Positions 8,765 to 19,317 are shown, numbered from the stretch's first letter. The stretch: DNA of 64,000 nucleotides from Nitrospinaceae bacterium (GCA_965237905.1 OZ250172.1:3008001-3072000), one strand, 5' to 3'. Numbers and translations: made by a program. The notes: a model not told the origin generated them from the letters alone.

Positions 8765-9937
8765 ATGAAAGTTTTTTATCTCGCCAGGATCAATACGGCC
8801 ACCGAAGACGCCAGCACCCGTCACGTTTTTGAATTTTGCCGGCAATTCGCGCGACTGGGACACGAGGTGGTTCTGTTCGTTCCCAATTTGGGCGAGAGAC
8901 GGGAACTCCCGGGTGTCCGGTTCGTCCATGTGCCGGTGATCTTTAAAAACTCCGGAGTGACCTTCTTCTCCTTTTATCTGAGCCTGTTTTTTATTCTTTC
9001 ATTACATTGTTTGAAATCCCGGCCGGATGTTCTTTATACCCGTCTCCAGACCATGGAATGGATGGCCACTCTACTGAAGTGTGTGTTCCGGTTCAAATAT
9101 GTCGTTGAGGTCAACGGATTGGCCCCCGTGGAAATGAAAATCAATACCGTGTCACAGGGGTGGATTGCCTTTGTCACTTTTATGGAGCGGATCATTTACA
9201 AGCTGTCGGATCAAGTGGTGGTGCCCTCGGCATTGATTCGTGATTATTTGTGCCGGAATTACGGTGTGAAGGAAGACTCCGTATTGGTGGTGAGCAACGG
9301 TGCCAATCCGGAGTTCTCCCGGCCCATGGATAAGACCGAATGCCGGAACCAATTGGGATTGCCGCCGGATGGAAATTATCTGGTGTTCGTGGGTTCCTTA
9401 AAGCAGTGGCATGGGATCGACCGGCTGGTTCCTTTAATGCCTGCTCTGGTTGAAGAGTGTCCCGGCCTTCATCTATTGATCGTCGGTGACGGCGAAAAAA
9501 AGGATGATCTGAAGCAGTGGATTGACGAAAAACAAATGAGCCGGAATATTATTCTGGCAGGGCGGGTTCCTTTTGAGCAAGTTCCCGTCTATATCAATGC
9601 CGGGGATATTTGTCTGGCTCCTTACTTTGAAGAGGGACTGAACGAGACCGGCATTTCTCCTCTCAAGATATTTGAGTACATGGCTTGCGGGCGGCCCATC
9701 ATTACGAACCCCGTGGGTGGACTGGATGCTCTGTTTCACGAGCATGAAATTGGGATGATGATCCATTCCATGAATCCGAGTGATTGGGAAAAGCCTATCA
9801 AGGATTTGCTCGGTGATCCCGAAAAAATGAAAACCCTGGGGGACAACGGTTACCGGGCGGTACAAACGCATTATAGCTGGGAGGCTATTTGCAAAAAAAT
9901 CGAGACCGCTCTCGAACGATTAGTTTCCTCAAGATGA
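8765..9937 (+). CDS. Glycosyltransferase family 4
   Basis: GT-B motifs 'FVGSLKQWHG', 'LLIVGDG', 'SPLKIFEYMACGRPII'. Confidence 0.92.
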   Translation: MKVFYLARINTATEDASTRHVFEFCRQFARLGHEVVLFVPNLGERRELPGVRFVHVPVIFKNSGVTFFSFYLSLFFILSLHCLKSRPDVLYTRLQTMEWMATLLKCVFRFKYVVEVNGLAPVEMKINTVSQGWIAFVTFMERIIYKLSDQVVVPSALIRDYLCRNYGVKEDSVLVVSNGANPEFSRPMDKTECRNQLGLPPDGNYLVFVGSLKQWHGIDRLVPLMPALVEECPGLHLLIVGDGEKKDDLKQWIDEKQMSRNIILAGRVPFEQVPVYINAGDICLAPYFEEGLNETGISPLKIFEYMACGRPIITNPVGGLDALFHEHEIGMMIHSMNPSDWEKPIKDLLGDPEKMKTLGDNGYRAVQTHYSWEAICKKIETALERLVSSR

Positions 9938-11067
9938 AAACGTTCCTCTATCTTTTCAGCTTTTTGCTGGTATGGATGCCGGCTCAGCTATGGGCCTTCA
10001 ACTGGCATTACGAAGGACGCTTCCGCGCCAGTTCGCAGATATTGTTCGACCCTCCTCCTGCTGACCTCTCCCGTTTCGATCATGAAATCGAGTTGAGAAA
10101 CGGTTTGGTCGGTAACTTGTTTGAAAAAGACGGTCACATTTTTGATTATGAAGTGGTCGGCGATCTGCTTTATACCGGAGGCATTCGCGAAGAAATTGGC
10201 GTGGTGGAAGAATACGATGCTGAGTTGTTTCGTGGCTGGATTCGATATGAGAAGGGCAATTTTAAAATCCGGGGCGGCCGCCAACAGATTCTTTTCGGGG
10301 CGAGCACATTGTTTCGTCCCCTCGGTTTCTTTGACACCCGAGTCATTTCCGGAATTATCCCTCTCACGCGGGGGGTCGACGGATTGCGGTCGACTTATTT
10401 CCTGAGCAGTACCTCTTCGGTTCAGGGTTGGGCTATAGCTGCGAAGACCGGAAACCGGGTTATTACTGGATTACGGGGTGAGGCGAACTTTGGCCCGATC
10501 GAAGCCGGCGTTGCCTTACAATACCATCCTAAAACCGATCTTCCCTTTCTAGCCGACTTTAATCTTGAAATGGTTCAGATGGGATATCACCTCAAGGGCG
10601 AGTATGTTGTGGGTTACTGGAACGAAAGCCGGTTGGATATTCAGCAGGACCAGCCTGGCGACCCTTTAAGGTTTGATACGGTCTTCGGTGTCGATTACAC
10701 TTTTGATGTGGGGCAGGGTCTTCATGTCCTTCTGGAATATTTTTTCAGGACGCAGGAGCCGGGTTTTACCAATATCGATTTAAAGCAGGATCGGACCCTC
10801 CAGGTCATGGGCTTGCAACTGGACCAGCCGGTTGGGATTGATGTCGTCTGGCGGGCGTTTTTCTTTTTTGACTTGAGTGACCAGAGCTTTCAATTCGCCC
10901 CGCAAATCGAGTACAACCTATGGGATCAGGTGTATTTGTATGCTCAAGTCCAGGTTGGAGGCAGTATCGACGGGAATAATCGGACTGGCCGTTTGTTCCG
11001 TGAATCCCCAGTAGTTGTTACAGGAACCGAGTCACGTGCCGGCCTGTCGTTAATCGCGTTTTTCTGA
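9934..11067 (+). CDS. Secreted protein, probable outer-membrane beta-barrel
   Basis: ATGA overlap with the GT4 stop; signal peptide; 'KIRGGRQQILFG' and 'RGVDGLR' motifs; amphipathic strands; C-terminal Phe. Confidence 0.65.
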   Translation: MKTFLYLFSFLLVWMPAQLWAFNWHYEGRFRASSQILFDPPPADLSRFDHEIELRNGLVGNLFEKDGHIFDYEVVGDLLYTGGIREEIGVVEEYDAELFRGWIRYEKGNFKIRGGRQQILFGASTLFRPLGFFDTRVISGIIPLTRGVDGLRSTYFLSSTSSVQGWAIAAKTGNRVITGLRGEANFGPIEAGVALQYHPKTDLPFLADFNLEMVQMGYHLKGEYVVGYWNESRLDIQQDQPGDPLRFDTVFGVDYTFDVGQGLHVLLEYFFRTQEPGFTNIDLKQDRTLQVMGLQLDQPVGIDVVWRAFFFFDLSDQSFQFAPQIEYNLWDQVYLYAQVQVGGSIDGNNRTGRLFRESPVVVTGTESRAGLSLIAFF

Positions 11068-11774
11068 TGAGCAATATGGTAACGATCGATCATGTATCCA
11101 AAGTGTACCGGGTGGGCGGCCAGGATTTCACCGCACTCCATGACATCAGCCTCGAAATCTATGAAGGCGCGTTCATGTCGTTTGTCGGTCCGTCGGGATC
11201 TGGAAAAACGACCCTATTGAATTTGATGGGAGGGTTGGATCAACCCACTTCCGGCAAAATTCTCTTCAAAGACCGGCCTTTGAACCAAATGGACCGCGAT
11301 GAATTGGCCGCCTTCCGGAGAGAGAATGTCGGTTTTATTTTTCAATCCTACAATCTGCTTCCGGTCTATACGGTTTACGAAAATGTATTGTTCCCGCTGT
11401 TACTGAACGATGCCAAAGAATCAGCCGTCCGGGAGAAAGTCAAATCCCTGGTCGATCTGGTCGGCCTGACTCCTGAAATCAATAAGCGGCCGACCGAGCT
11501 TTCCGGCGGCCAGTGTCAGCGTGTGGCTATTGCCCGCGCTTTGATCAAAGATCCTGCGCTAGTTCTGGCGGACGAACCCACCGCTAACCTCGATGCCGAG
11601 AACTCTTACCATATCTTGGAACTGATGTTGAAACTCAACCGCGATTTCAAGGCCGCTTTTGTGTTTTGCACGCATGACGAAAAGGTAACCAAATACGTTC
11701 GGCGGGAGGTGCGTTTGGATGACGGTTTTGTGCAATGGGATAAAACCAAGCAACCCGATGGCGAATTGAAATGA
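11067..11774 (+). CDS. ABC ATP-binding protein, LolD/MacB family
   Basis: Walker A GPSGSGKT, signature LSGGQ, 'LADEPTANLD', 'VGFIFQSYNL'. Confidence 0.93.
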   Translation: MSNMVTIDHVSKVYRVGGQDFTALHDISLEIYEGAFMSFVGPSGSGKTTLLNLMGGLDQPTSGKILFKDRPLNQMDRDELAAFRRENVGFIFQSYNLLPVYTVYENVLFPLLLNDAKESAVREKVKSLVDLVGLTPEINKRPTELSGGQCQRVAIARALIKDPALVLADEPTANLDAENSYHILELMLKLNRDFKAAFVFCTHDEKVTKYVRREVRLDDGFVQWDKTKQPDGELK

Positions 11775-12940
11775 TTTTTCAAATTGCACTTAAAAATTTT
11801 CTGAGACAGGGGATGCGGTCCTTTTTGAACGTGCTGGTTACCGCTCTTGCCATGGTGGCGGTGGTCTTCAATCTTTCGTTGTACAACGGATTCCAGGAGC
11901 AGGCGGTACGCAACATGGTGTCTACCGATGTCGCGGGAGGCCATTACCGGACGCCCGATTTCGATATTCTCGCTCCCATGGAATGGGAAGACCAGACCTT
12001 CCAAACTCGCGATGCCCTTTCTGGCCTGCCGTCATCCGATAAGGCCGAGGTGTTGGTTCTGCAGGGACAGATTTTTCCCAACCGCCGTTTGTTTCCGGTG
12101 CAACTGCGCGGTATGGACATGCAACAAACGCTACTGGACCTTCCTTTAAACAAGCTGGAGCAATGGCAAGCACCGGTGGACGATGTCATTCCCATTATTA
12201 TTGGAAAGCAAATGGCCGGAAAATCTCATCTTCACATTGGAGACGGTGTGGTCCTGAGATGGCGGGACCGTTTCGGGGCGGTAGATGCGCTGGATGCCAA
12301 GGTGGTGGATGTGGTGCCTCTGATCAATCCCCGTATTGACGAAGGCGTGGTGTGGATGCGCCTCGATCATCTGCGCCAGATCACCCAGCGCGAAGGTGAA
12401 GTCACCTGGGTGGCGGTGAAAGAATTTCAGGGAACCATCGCCAGTACGGAGTTTCAAGAGCCGGAGATACTTCTCAAAGATATTCTCGAACTCATCCGGC
12501 AGGACCGGAAGTATGCGGTCATCATCTGGGCCATTCTGATTTTCCTCGCGGGCATCAGCGTCTTCAACACGCAATTCCTGAATATCTTCAAGCGCCAGCG
12601 GGAAATCGGCACGCTGATGGCCTTCGGCATGCCACCCAATCGTGTGGTCCGGTTGTTTACTGTGGAAGGAAGCCTGGCGGCATTTTCGGCAGTGATAGTG
12701 GCTTTAGTTCTGGGAACGATCATCTTCGCCTGGTTCCAGAGTGTGGGGCTGGATGTTTCGCATCTCGCGGAATCCCAAATCCCCATTCGTGAAAATATTT
12801 TTTTAAAAATTGAACCGGTTGAAGTGATCATCTCCATGCTGGTCATTGTCGTCATCATGATCCTGGTCGCCTGGGCCCCTGTCCGGAAAATCTCGAGAGT
12901 GAACCCCACCCAGGCGCTAAGAGGGAGGGCGATCACATGA
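11771..12940 (+). CDS. ABC permease, FtsX/LolC/E family
   Basis: N-terminal TM helix, periplasmic domain, 'KRQREIGTLMAFG', C-terminal 'P.QALR'. Confidence 0.88.
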   Translation: MIFQIALKNFLRQGMRSFLNVLVTALAMVAVVFNLSLYNGFQEQAVRNMVSTDVAGGHYRTPDFDILAPMEWEDQTFQTRDALSGLPSSDKAEVLVLQGQIFPNRRLFPVQLRGMDMQQTLLDLPLNKLEQWQAPVDDVIPIIIGKQMAGKSHLHIGDGVVLRWRDRFGAVDALDAKVVDVVPLINPRIDEGVVWMRLDHLRQITQREGEVTWVAVKEFQGTIASTEFQEPEILLKDILELIRQDRKYAVIIWAILIFLAGISVFNTQFLNIFKRQREIGTLMAFGMPPNRVVRLFTVEGSLAAFSAVIVALVLGTIIFAWFQSVGLDVSHLAESQIPIRENIFLKIEPVEVIISMLVIVVIMILVAWAPVRKISRVNPTQALRGRAIT

Positions 12941-14238
12941 TCCGATGGCTCTTGAAAGGAATATGGCGTGACAAAACACGGTCTCTATTTCCTTTTCTGG
13001 TAATCACCGTGGGAGTGACCCTGTTGATTTATTTGCTGGGATTCATGGAGGGTGTCTTTGCCGGAATGATTGATATATCCGCTCATCTGGATACCGGCCA
13101 CCTGCGATTTGTCAACAAACCGTTTTACGATGAGGAGCACCTGGTTCCCCTCGACCGGGCGCTGGCCGGACAAAAGGAGACTCTGCAATGGTTGCAGCAA
13201 AATGGCGACCCGCGGATTGAGTGGTCGCCTCGAATCCGATGGGGGGCCATCATGGATGTTCCCGATGAAAAGGGAGAAACGAAATCACAAACCCCCGTGG
13301 TGGGTATGGCCATTGATCTGTTGGACAAGAATTCTCCCGAGCGAGAACGGTTAGATTTGGAAAAATCCGTGATCGAAGGAGTGACCCCCTCCCGTGCCAA
13401 GGAAATGTTGGTGGGCTACAAACTGGCCGAGGCTTTAGGATTGAGTTTGGGAGACACGGTTACTTTACTAGGACAAAATTTTGATGGCGGGATGGCGACG
13501 GACAATTACCAGGTGGTCGGTTTTGTGCGGTTTGGTCTGGCGGCGATGGACAAGAAAATGGCTTTGATTGATCTGGCCGATGCCCAGCAAACGTTTTATA
13601 TGGAGGATATGGTCACTGATTTCCTGGGGTTTTTGCCAATGAATGTTGGATATAAAAAATATGATCGGCTTAAACAGAATATAATGGATCATCTTCCAGC
13701 ATTGAAGCAAAACCCGCCCAGGGAGTGGGCTTCGGATGATGAACCCCTGATCCTATCTGTCCTTGATCAAAGAAACCTGCGGGAGCTGTCCGTAAAATTT
13801 GAGTTGGTCGATGATGTCGTGATTGGAGTGTTCACCTTTTTGATGGTCCTGGTGCTCTGGAATGCGGGTCTTCTCAACGGGGTGCACCGCTACGGTGAAA
13901 TGGGGTTACTGCTTGCTCTGGGAGAAACCCATAAAAAATTAATAGCGCTCATGACGCTGGAAGCCTTGATGATCGGTTTATTGGGTTCTGCCGCCGGTTG
14001 TCTTATTGGTGGGGGTCTGGTGTACTACCTGCAGGAAGTGGGCATCAGCACGCACGGGATTTTCGAGACATCGGGACTCATGATGAGTGACATCATTCGC
14101 GCCCGGGTCAGCCTGGATGCCTTCGTATTTGCGGTGATCCCAGGAGTTACCGCCAGCGTGTTGGGCAACCTGATCGCCAACCTCGCCATTTTTCAACGCT
14201 CGGAAGCCAACCTGTTCCGCGAACTGGAGGCCGGATGA
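12937..14238 (+). CDS. ABC permease, FtsX/LolC/E family
   Basis: Same architecture; 'HRYGEMGLLLALGE'. Confidence 0.88.
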   Translation: MIRWLLKGIWRDKTRSLFPFLVITVGVTLLIYLLGFMEGVFAGMIDISAHLDTGHLRFVNKPFYDEEHLVPLDRALAGQKETLQWLQQNGDPRIEWSPRIRWGAIMDVPDEKGETKSQTPVVGMAIDLLDKNSPERERLDLEKSVIEGVTPSRAKEMLVGYKLAEALGLSLGDTVTLLGQNFDGGMATDNYQVVGFVRFGLAAMDKKMALIDLADAQQTFYMEDMVTDFLGFLPMNVGYKKYDRLKQNIMDHLPALKQNPPREWASDDEPLILSVLDQRNLRELSVKFELVDDVVIGVFTFLMVLVLWNAGLLNGVHRYGEMGLLLALGETHKKLIALMTLEALMIGLLGSAAGCLIGGGLVYYLQEVGISTHGIFETSGLMMSDIIRARVSLDAFVFAVIPGVTASVLGNLIANLAIFQRSEANLFRELEAG

Positions 14239-15008
14239 CAAAATTTTATTTTAACAGGATGATAGGCGGCTTACTATTCTTCGCCTCAGTCTGGAGTTTA
14301 TTGTTGCCCGTCACGGGCCGGACGGAAGACGATCGGGCGCATCGACTATTGGTGGAAGTGGATAAAAACATATGGGCCACCACCAAGTATATCGACGGAC
14401 GGTTGATCATCGACAACGGCAGACGCGTCAGAACGCTTTCGATGGAAAGCTGGATGGAAGGCGTGGTCAAGTCCTACAGTTATTACAAGGCGCCTGCGCG
14501 AGAGCGTGGAACCAAAATGCTGAAACTGGAAAAAAAGTTATGGATGTACACGCCTCATACCGATCGCAAAATCTTGATTGCCGGGCACCTGTTACGGCAA
14601 TCGATGATGGGGAGTGATCTTTCCTATGAAGATATGATGGAGGATGAAAAAATCAGCGAAGCCTATGTCGGAACCATTGACGGTATGGAAGAGATGGAGG
14701 GTGTGAAAACATTGATGATGACGCTCAAGGCCAAACGAAAAACCAAAACTTACCAGACCCTTAAGGTCTGGATCGATCCGGTTAAGAATATCGTGCTCAA
14801 GGAAGAGGCGTATGCCAAAAGCGGGAAACTGCTCAAGCTCATTTACTTCAAGGAATACCGGAGTATCGGCAAACGCCTGTTTCCCCGGAAGATGATCTTT
14901 CGCGATATGCTCAAAGAAAACACCCAAACCACCTACATGTTCGATAAAATTCAGTTCGACATCGACATCCCCGCCAAATACTTTTCCCAGCGCGTTCTGA
15001 AGCGCTGA
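14235..15008 (+). CDS. Outer-membrane lipoprotein-sorting protein (LolA-like)
   Basis: 'PARERGTKMLK', 'LWMYTP', 'SMMGSDLSYEDM' family motifs; signal peptide. Confidence 0.85.
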   Translation: MTKFYFNRMIGGLLFFASVWSLLLPVTGRTEDDRAHRLLVEVDKNIWATTKYIDGRLIIDNGRRVRTLSMESWMEGVVKSYSYYKAPARERGTKMLKLEKKLWMYTPHTDRKILIAGHLLRQSMMGSDLSYEDMMEDEKISEAYVGTIDGMEEMEGVKTLMMTLKAKRKTKTYQTLKVWIDPVKNIVLKEEAYAKSGKLLKLIYFKEYRSIGKRLFPRKMIFRDMLKENTQTTYMFDKIQFDIDIPAKYFSQRVLKR

Positions 15009-15106
15009 AGCCCCGGTTTTTAATGTGATAAATTTCTTCCAGGTATTTTTTTTGCCTTTATACTGAATGAAGGAATCAATCACTCATTTCAGTGGTAAGG
15101 AGGCGC

Positions 15107-15520
15107 ATGATGTTGAGAGCGTTTCAGTCAGTCAATAATGAGCAAGGTAAAACCGCGGTCATTTTTTTTGTGAGTATGGCCGTTCTCGCGTTTTTACTCC
15201 ATCCCAAGACCAGTCCGTTTGCGGAGCATTATTACAATTTCAAAGCAGAGACCCAGTTAAAACAATTGTACGACAGCTGCAAACTGGTGTGGGCCGCTGG
15301 AGGAGAGGGCAACACATCGGCGGCGAATAAAGGCAAAAAAGGCTCTGCGACGGAATGCGATCTGGCAACGGCGGCTCTATCTCCTTATGATTTTCTGCAT
15401 GACAAAAATGTTGTGATTGAAATCAAGGACGGTACCGAAGGCGGATTCTCCGCCACCGCAAAACATAAAGAGGGAACCCAGGCGGTGGAAATCAACGCGG
15501 AGGGCAAACAAGTCTCCTGA
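15107..15520 (+). CDS. Type IV pilin-like protein (atypical N-terminus)
   Basis: SD aaggagg; 'NEQG|KTAV' followed by a hydrophobic helix and Pro; two Cys; paralog of the next gene. Confidence 0.6.
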   Translation: MMLRAFQSVNNEQGKTAVIFFVSMAVLAFLLHPKTSPFAEHYYNFKAETQLKQLYDSCKLVWAAGGEGNTSAANKGKKGSATECDLATAALSPYDFLHDKNVVIEIKDGTEGGFSATAKHKEGTQAVEINAEGKQVS

Positions 15521-15552
15521 TGAACTCAATTAATTTACGTTAAGGGGTATTT

Positions 15553-15963
15553 ATGAAGATACGGATGAAATCTTTAGAAAATGAAAGCGGAAAAACCGCA
15601 GTGGTGATTATTATTATCGTGGTTGTGATCGCTTACCTGGCTTATCCGGGAACCAGCCCGTTTAAGGCGGATTATTACAATCTCAAGGCCGAAGGAAATT
15701 TGAAGGACTTGCACAGGGCGTGCAACCGTTATTGGGCCGATGGGTACGCGCAAAGACTGGTTTCCAAGGCGACCGGTATACAAAGAGTAGCCGGACCCTG
15801 CGAACTCGATGTGATTCGAAAAGATCCCTATAATTTTAAGATGTTAGAGGGGATGAAAATTGAGATTGTCGATGGCACTAAAACCGGTTTTCAAGCCACC
15901 GGCGAACACGCCGAAGGGGACAAGGAACTCAAGGTCAATGCCGAGGGCAAGATTAAATCCTGA
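15553..15963 (+). CDS. Type IV pilin-like protein (atypical N-terminus)
   Basis: 'NESG|KTAV' followed by a hydrophobic helix and Pro; 'AEGNLKDLHRACNRYW'; two Cys. Confidence 0.6.
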   Translation: MKIRMKSLENESGKTAVVIIIIVVVIAYLAYPGTSPFKADYYNLKAEGNLKDLHRACNRYWADGYAQRLVSKATGIQRVAGPCELDVIRKDPYNFKMLEGMKIEIVDGTKTGFQATGEHAEGDKELKVNAEGKIKS

Positions 15964-16009
15964 AAACGGTATCATCCAATTTAAGTAATAACTTTTACCA
16001 TAGACATCG

Positions 16010-16984
16010 TTATTTCTGGTTTTCGTACCCGACCTTGGCGAGGTATTTCAGAATGTGTTCCAGGTCGGCTTCGGTATTGCCGGAGGGGGTTTGCATCTCG
16101 ATAGTTTTCAAACTCACCTCGTCTCCCCGCCGAATCAGATGATACGCCAGCGAAGCTGTTTCTGTCACCCGGTTTTCGAGTGTTTCCGGTCCGACCATGA
16201 CATTGGTTTGGGGATCGATGATGTTGAGGAACAGCGTGTAGTTGTGAAGCCCGCCTTTGGAGAATTCCTTAACCCGCAAGGTTCCCGTTTTGGCGCTGGA
16301 TTTCCAGTGAACCGCCGCCATGGGGTCGCCGGGCTGATATTCCCGGATCGAATACAAATCGTCCCCGGCAAGGCCTATGGTGCCTTCTCCCTCTTCGGAA
16401 TATTCTGTTGGAGAGGGCAGGGCCACGTTTTTGATAACCGGAAAGATCAGGGTTCCCACGTCTATTTGCAGTGTTTTGGTTTTAACGAAAAAACCAAAAG
16501 GAAAACTGGTTTTCAACTGAACGGTTTTCAAAAGCACCGGCCCCCGCTTGAGACCCACAAACATCAGGCTCTTGTCCTCGGAAGACAGGGGAGGGACCTG
16601 ATACGCATAAGCTGTTTGCTCGATGCGGTAACGTCCCATCGGGTCCAGTGGGAATTCCACATACAGGGAATAGGAGGGAATGGTTTTTTTGGAATTGGAA
16701 ATCTTCAGGTACAACGGATAAGAATCATCCGGGTACACCGTTTTGGGCAGAGATACCTGAACGGATATCCCTTTCAGGGTCTGCTCGGACAATATTCCCG
16801 ACACGACAATAAAACTGCAGCACATGGCGAGAACCAGATACAGCAAGTTGTTGCCGGTGTTGATGGCGCCAATGCCCACCGCGAACAACAGAAATATAAA
16901 TCCACCCCCCTCGCGAGTGACCTGCAAAGTGCGATTGAAATAGGAGAGGGTGAAGATAGGTTTGTAATTGAGTTTCTTTTTCAA
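16010..16984 (-). CDS. DUF58 domain protein
   Basis: 'GAINTGNNLLYL', 'FPFGFF', 'SIREYQPGDP..VHWKSSAK..LRVKEF'. Confidence 0.92.
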   Translation of the reverse strand: MKKKLNYKPIFTLSYFNRTLQVTREGGGFIFLLFAVGIGAINTGNNLLYLVLAMCCSFIVVSGILSEQTLKGISVQVSLPKTVYPDDSYPLYLKISNSKKTIPSYSLYVEFPLDPMGRYRIEQTAYAYQVPPLSSEDKSLMFVGLKRGPVLLKTVQLKTSFPFGFFVKTKTLQIDVGTLIFPVIKNVALPSPTEYSEEGEGTIGLAGDDLYSIREYQPGDPMAAVHWKSSAKTGTLRVKEFSKGGLHNYTLFLNIIDPQTNVMVGPETLENRVTETASLAYHLIRRGDEVSLKTIEMQTPSGNTEADLEHILKYLAKVGYENQK

Positions 16985-17019
16985 GGCGCCCCGGCCGGGT
17001 GAAGGTTGAAAAATTAAAA

Positions 17020-17964
17020 CTAAACGGGGATTTCCATGCGCTCGACAATGTCATTGATAATGGCGGAGGTGTCGGATACGGCTCGCTTGTGAGTGCCGTG
17101 GCGCGATTCCGGGATGACGCGGTGACACAACACGGGCACGGCCAGTTGTTTGATGTCATCTGGGATACAGTAATCGCGGCCGTAGACCAGTGCGCGCGCC
17201 CGCGCCGCCTGTTGCAAAATGATGCCTCCCCGCGGGCTGACGCCCAACGCCAGATGCGATGATTCCCGGGTAGCGGTAACCATGTTCAAAATATAATCGG
17301 TTAGGACGGGTTCGATGGTGACGGCCTCGGCTTTGCGCTGGAGTTCCAGAATATCGTTTTTGTCCAGTACTGCCTTAATGTCTCGAATGTTTTGAATGGG
17401 AGAAGCCTGAGTCAGTAATTTACGCTCATCGTCGGGTTGGGGATAACCCATGGAGATGTACATCATGAAACGGTCGAGTTGCGATTCCGGTAGCGGATGC
17501 GCCCCGTGACTTTCAATCGGGTTCTGTGTGGCGATCACCATAAAGGGATCTTCCAGTTGATAGGTCTGGTTATCCACCGTCACCTGCTTTTCATTCATGG
17601 CTTCCAGCAGGGCGCTCTGGGTGCGTGGCGAGGAACGGTTGATTTCGTCTGCCAGTACCAGATGAGCGAAGATAGGTCCCTTGTTGAAATGGAAGGTGCC
17701 TTCTTTCTGATTGTAAATCGATACCCCGACAATATCCGAAGGCAGGATGTCGTTGGTGAACTGGATGCGCCGGAAATCGAGATTGACGGAATGCGCCAGG
17801 CAATAAGCCAATGAACTTTTACCGACACCCGGAACATCCTCAATAAGCAGATGGCCTTTCGCAATCAAAGCAATAATGGCCTGCTCGATGACCTCCGGTT
17901 TGCCGACGATGGCGGAGCCAATATTGTTTTTAAGCCGCTGGATGGCGTCTTGAGCTTGAGTCAT
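17020..17964 (-). CDS. moxR: MoxR-family AAA+ ATPase
   Basis: 'HLLIEDVPGVGKS', 'RIQFT', 'LADEINR', 'TQSALLEAM', 'QLDRF'. Confidence 0.95.
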   Translation of the reverse strand: MTQAQDAIQRLKNNIGSAIVGKPEVIEQAIIALIAKGHLLIEDVPGVGKSSLAYCLAHSVNLDFRRIQFTNDILPSDIVGVSIYNQKEGTFHFNKGPIFAHLVLADEINRSSPRTQSALLEAMNEKQVTVDNQTYQLEDPFMVIATQNPIESHGAHPLPESQLDRFMMYISMGYPQPDDERKLLTQASPIQNIRDIKAVLDKNDILELQRKAEAVTIEPVLTDYILNMVTATRESSHLALGVSPRGGIILQQAARARALVYGRDYCIPDDIKQLAVPVLCHRVIPESRHGTHKRAVSDTSAIINDIVERMEIPV

Positions 17965-18740
17965 GCTTTCAGGACCGCCAGGACTTTTTGCATATCATCG
18001 TACACCGCTTGCCGGTTTTCCTTGGTGTAGGCGCGGAGAAGGTAGGCCGGGTGATAAGTAAGCATCAGCTTCATTCCCTCGAACTCATGCCAGGTGCCGC
18101 GCTCCTTGGTGATGGGAACGGTCCGGCCCAGCAGGGTGCTGGCGGCGGGCTTGCCCAGGGCGACAATCACTTTGGGACGAATGGCTTTCAGTTGTTTGAT
18201 GAGAAACGGTTTGCAGGCCTCCACTTCATCTTTTTCGGGGTCGCGGTTGCCCGGAGGGCGGCACTTAACGATATTGCAAATATAAGCATCCTTTTCCCGG
18301 TCGAGCAACATTCCCTTTTCGATGATTTCCGTCAGTTTCTTGCCGGCACGACCGACAAAGGGAAGTCCCTGTGCATCCTCGTCGGCTCCGGGGCCTTCAC
18401 CGACAAATACCAGGTCGGCATTGGGATTGCCCGATCCGAATACGATGGTCTGCCGGGTCTCACATAATTTGCAACGCTGGCAGTCGCCCAATTCTTCGCG
18501 AACGGCGGCCAGCCGGGAGGAAGATTCGCCGTTACCCTGCGGTTCTGCGAGAGGTGATTTTGGGGTCATTTCGGATTCCAAAGGTTGGCTGTTGGGAAAA
18601 GTCCCGGAGGGGATGGCCATTACCGGCAATTCACTCAACTCGCTGTTCAGGGGAATATGGGTGTGTCCCGATTCCCGAAGAAACATCAGGTAGTTTTTCA
18701 ACTGCTGCAGTAGAAGTGCGCGTTCTGTATCAGGTACCAT
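17961..18740 (-). CDS. udg: Uracil-DNA glycosylase, family 4 (Fe-S)
   Basis: 'CQRC', 'VGEGPG', 'PFVGRAG', 'KCRPP.NR', 'TYHPAYLLR'. Confidence 0.94.
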   Translation of the reverse strand: MVPDTERALLLQQLKNYLMFLRESGHTHIPLNSELSELPVMAIPSGTFPNSQPLESEMTPKSPLAEPQGNGESSSRLAAVREELGDCQRCKLCETRQTIVFGSGNPNADLVFVGEGPGADEDAQGLPFVGRAGKKLTEIIEKGMLLDREKDAYICNIVKCRPPGNRDPEKDEVEACKPFLIKQLKAIRPKVIVALGKPAASTLLGRTVPITKERGTWHEFEGMKLMLTYHPAYLLRAYTKENRQAVYDDMQKVLAVLKA

Positions 18741-19002
18741 GCCACCTAGAATAACAGATGATGTTGTTCCGTCAATCCCTTATAACTATTTGAAAATAAA
18801 GGATAAAATGTCAAACTATCCCGTATTCGGAGCATGGCTCCACAGTTGCTCTTAAAAGGGTTCAACGGACCCCAAGTATACCAATCCCGCGTGGAAACGG
18901 AAATGGGGAATTCCGTGGCGGTAAACGGGGAAGCCGTCATATTTTGATTTGTTTGGGTTTAGCGGTTCGTTTATAATCACTTCAAACAAATGGAGAAATA
19001 AG

Positions 19003-19317
19003 ATGTCCGGTTTGAAAAGCGCTTGGGAAATCAGTATGGAAAAATCCGACAAACTGGTTCCTGAGGTGAAAAAACAAAAAAAACTGACCACCAAGCAGAA
19101 AGAACACATCGCCGAGATTCGCAAGGAATTCAAAGCCAAAATCGCGGATAAGGACGTCACCCTTCAGCACACGCTGAACCGCCTTGCCGAACGGACCCGG
19201 CCCGAGGATTTAGAAATAGAATCGGAAAAACTGAAGCAGGAATTTTCGGAAGAAAAAGAGCAGTTGGAAAAAGAGATGGAAACTCAAGTCGAGGCCATCC
19301 GCAAACCATCCCAATAA
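19003..19317 (+). CDS. Hypothetical coiled-coil protein
   Basis: SD ggag; 'MSGLKSAWEISMEK' start; charged helical sequence. Confidence 0.7.
   Translation: MSGLKSAWEISMEKSDKLVPEVKKQKKLTTKQKEHIAEIRKEFKAKIADKDVTLQHTLNRLAERTRPEDLEIESEKLKQEFSEEKEQLEKEMETQVEAIRKPSQ

Noticed and set aside
18746..18940. 64-aa ORF or structured RNA upstream of udg
   Set aside because: No motif, SD or recognisable RNA family; most likely a divergent promoter region.
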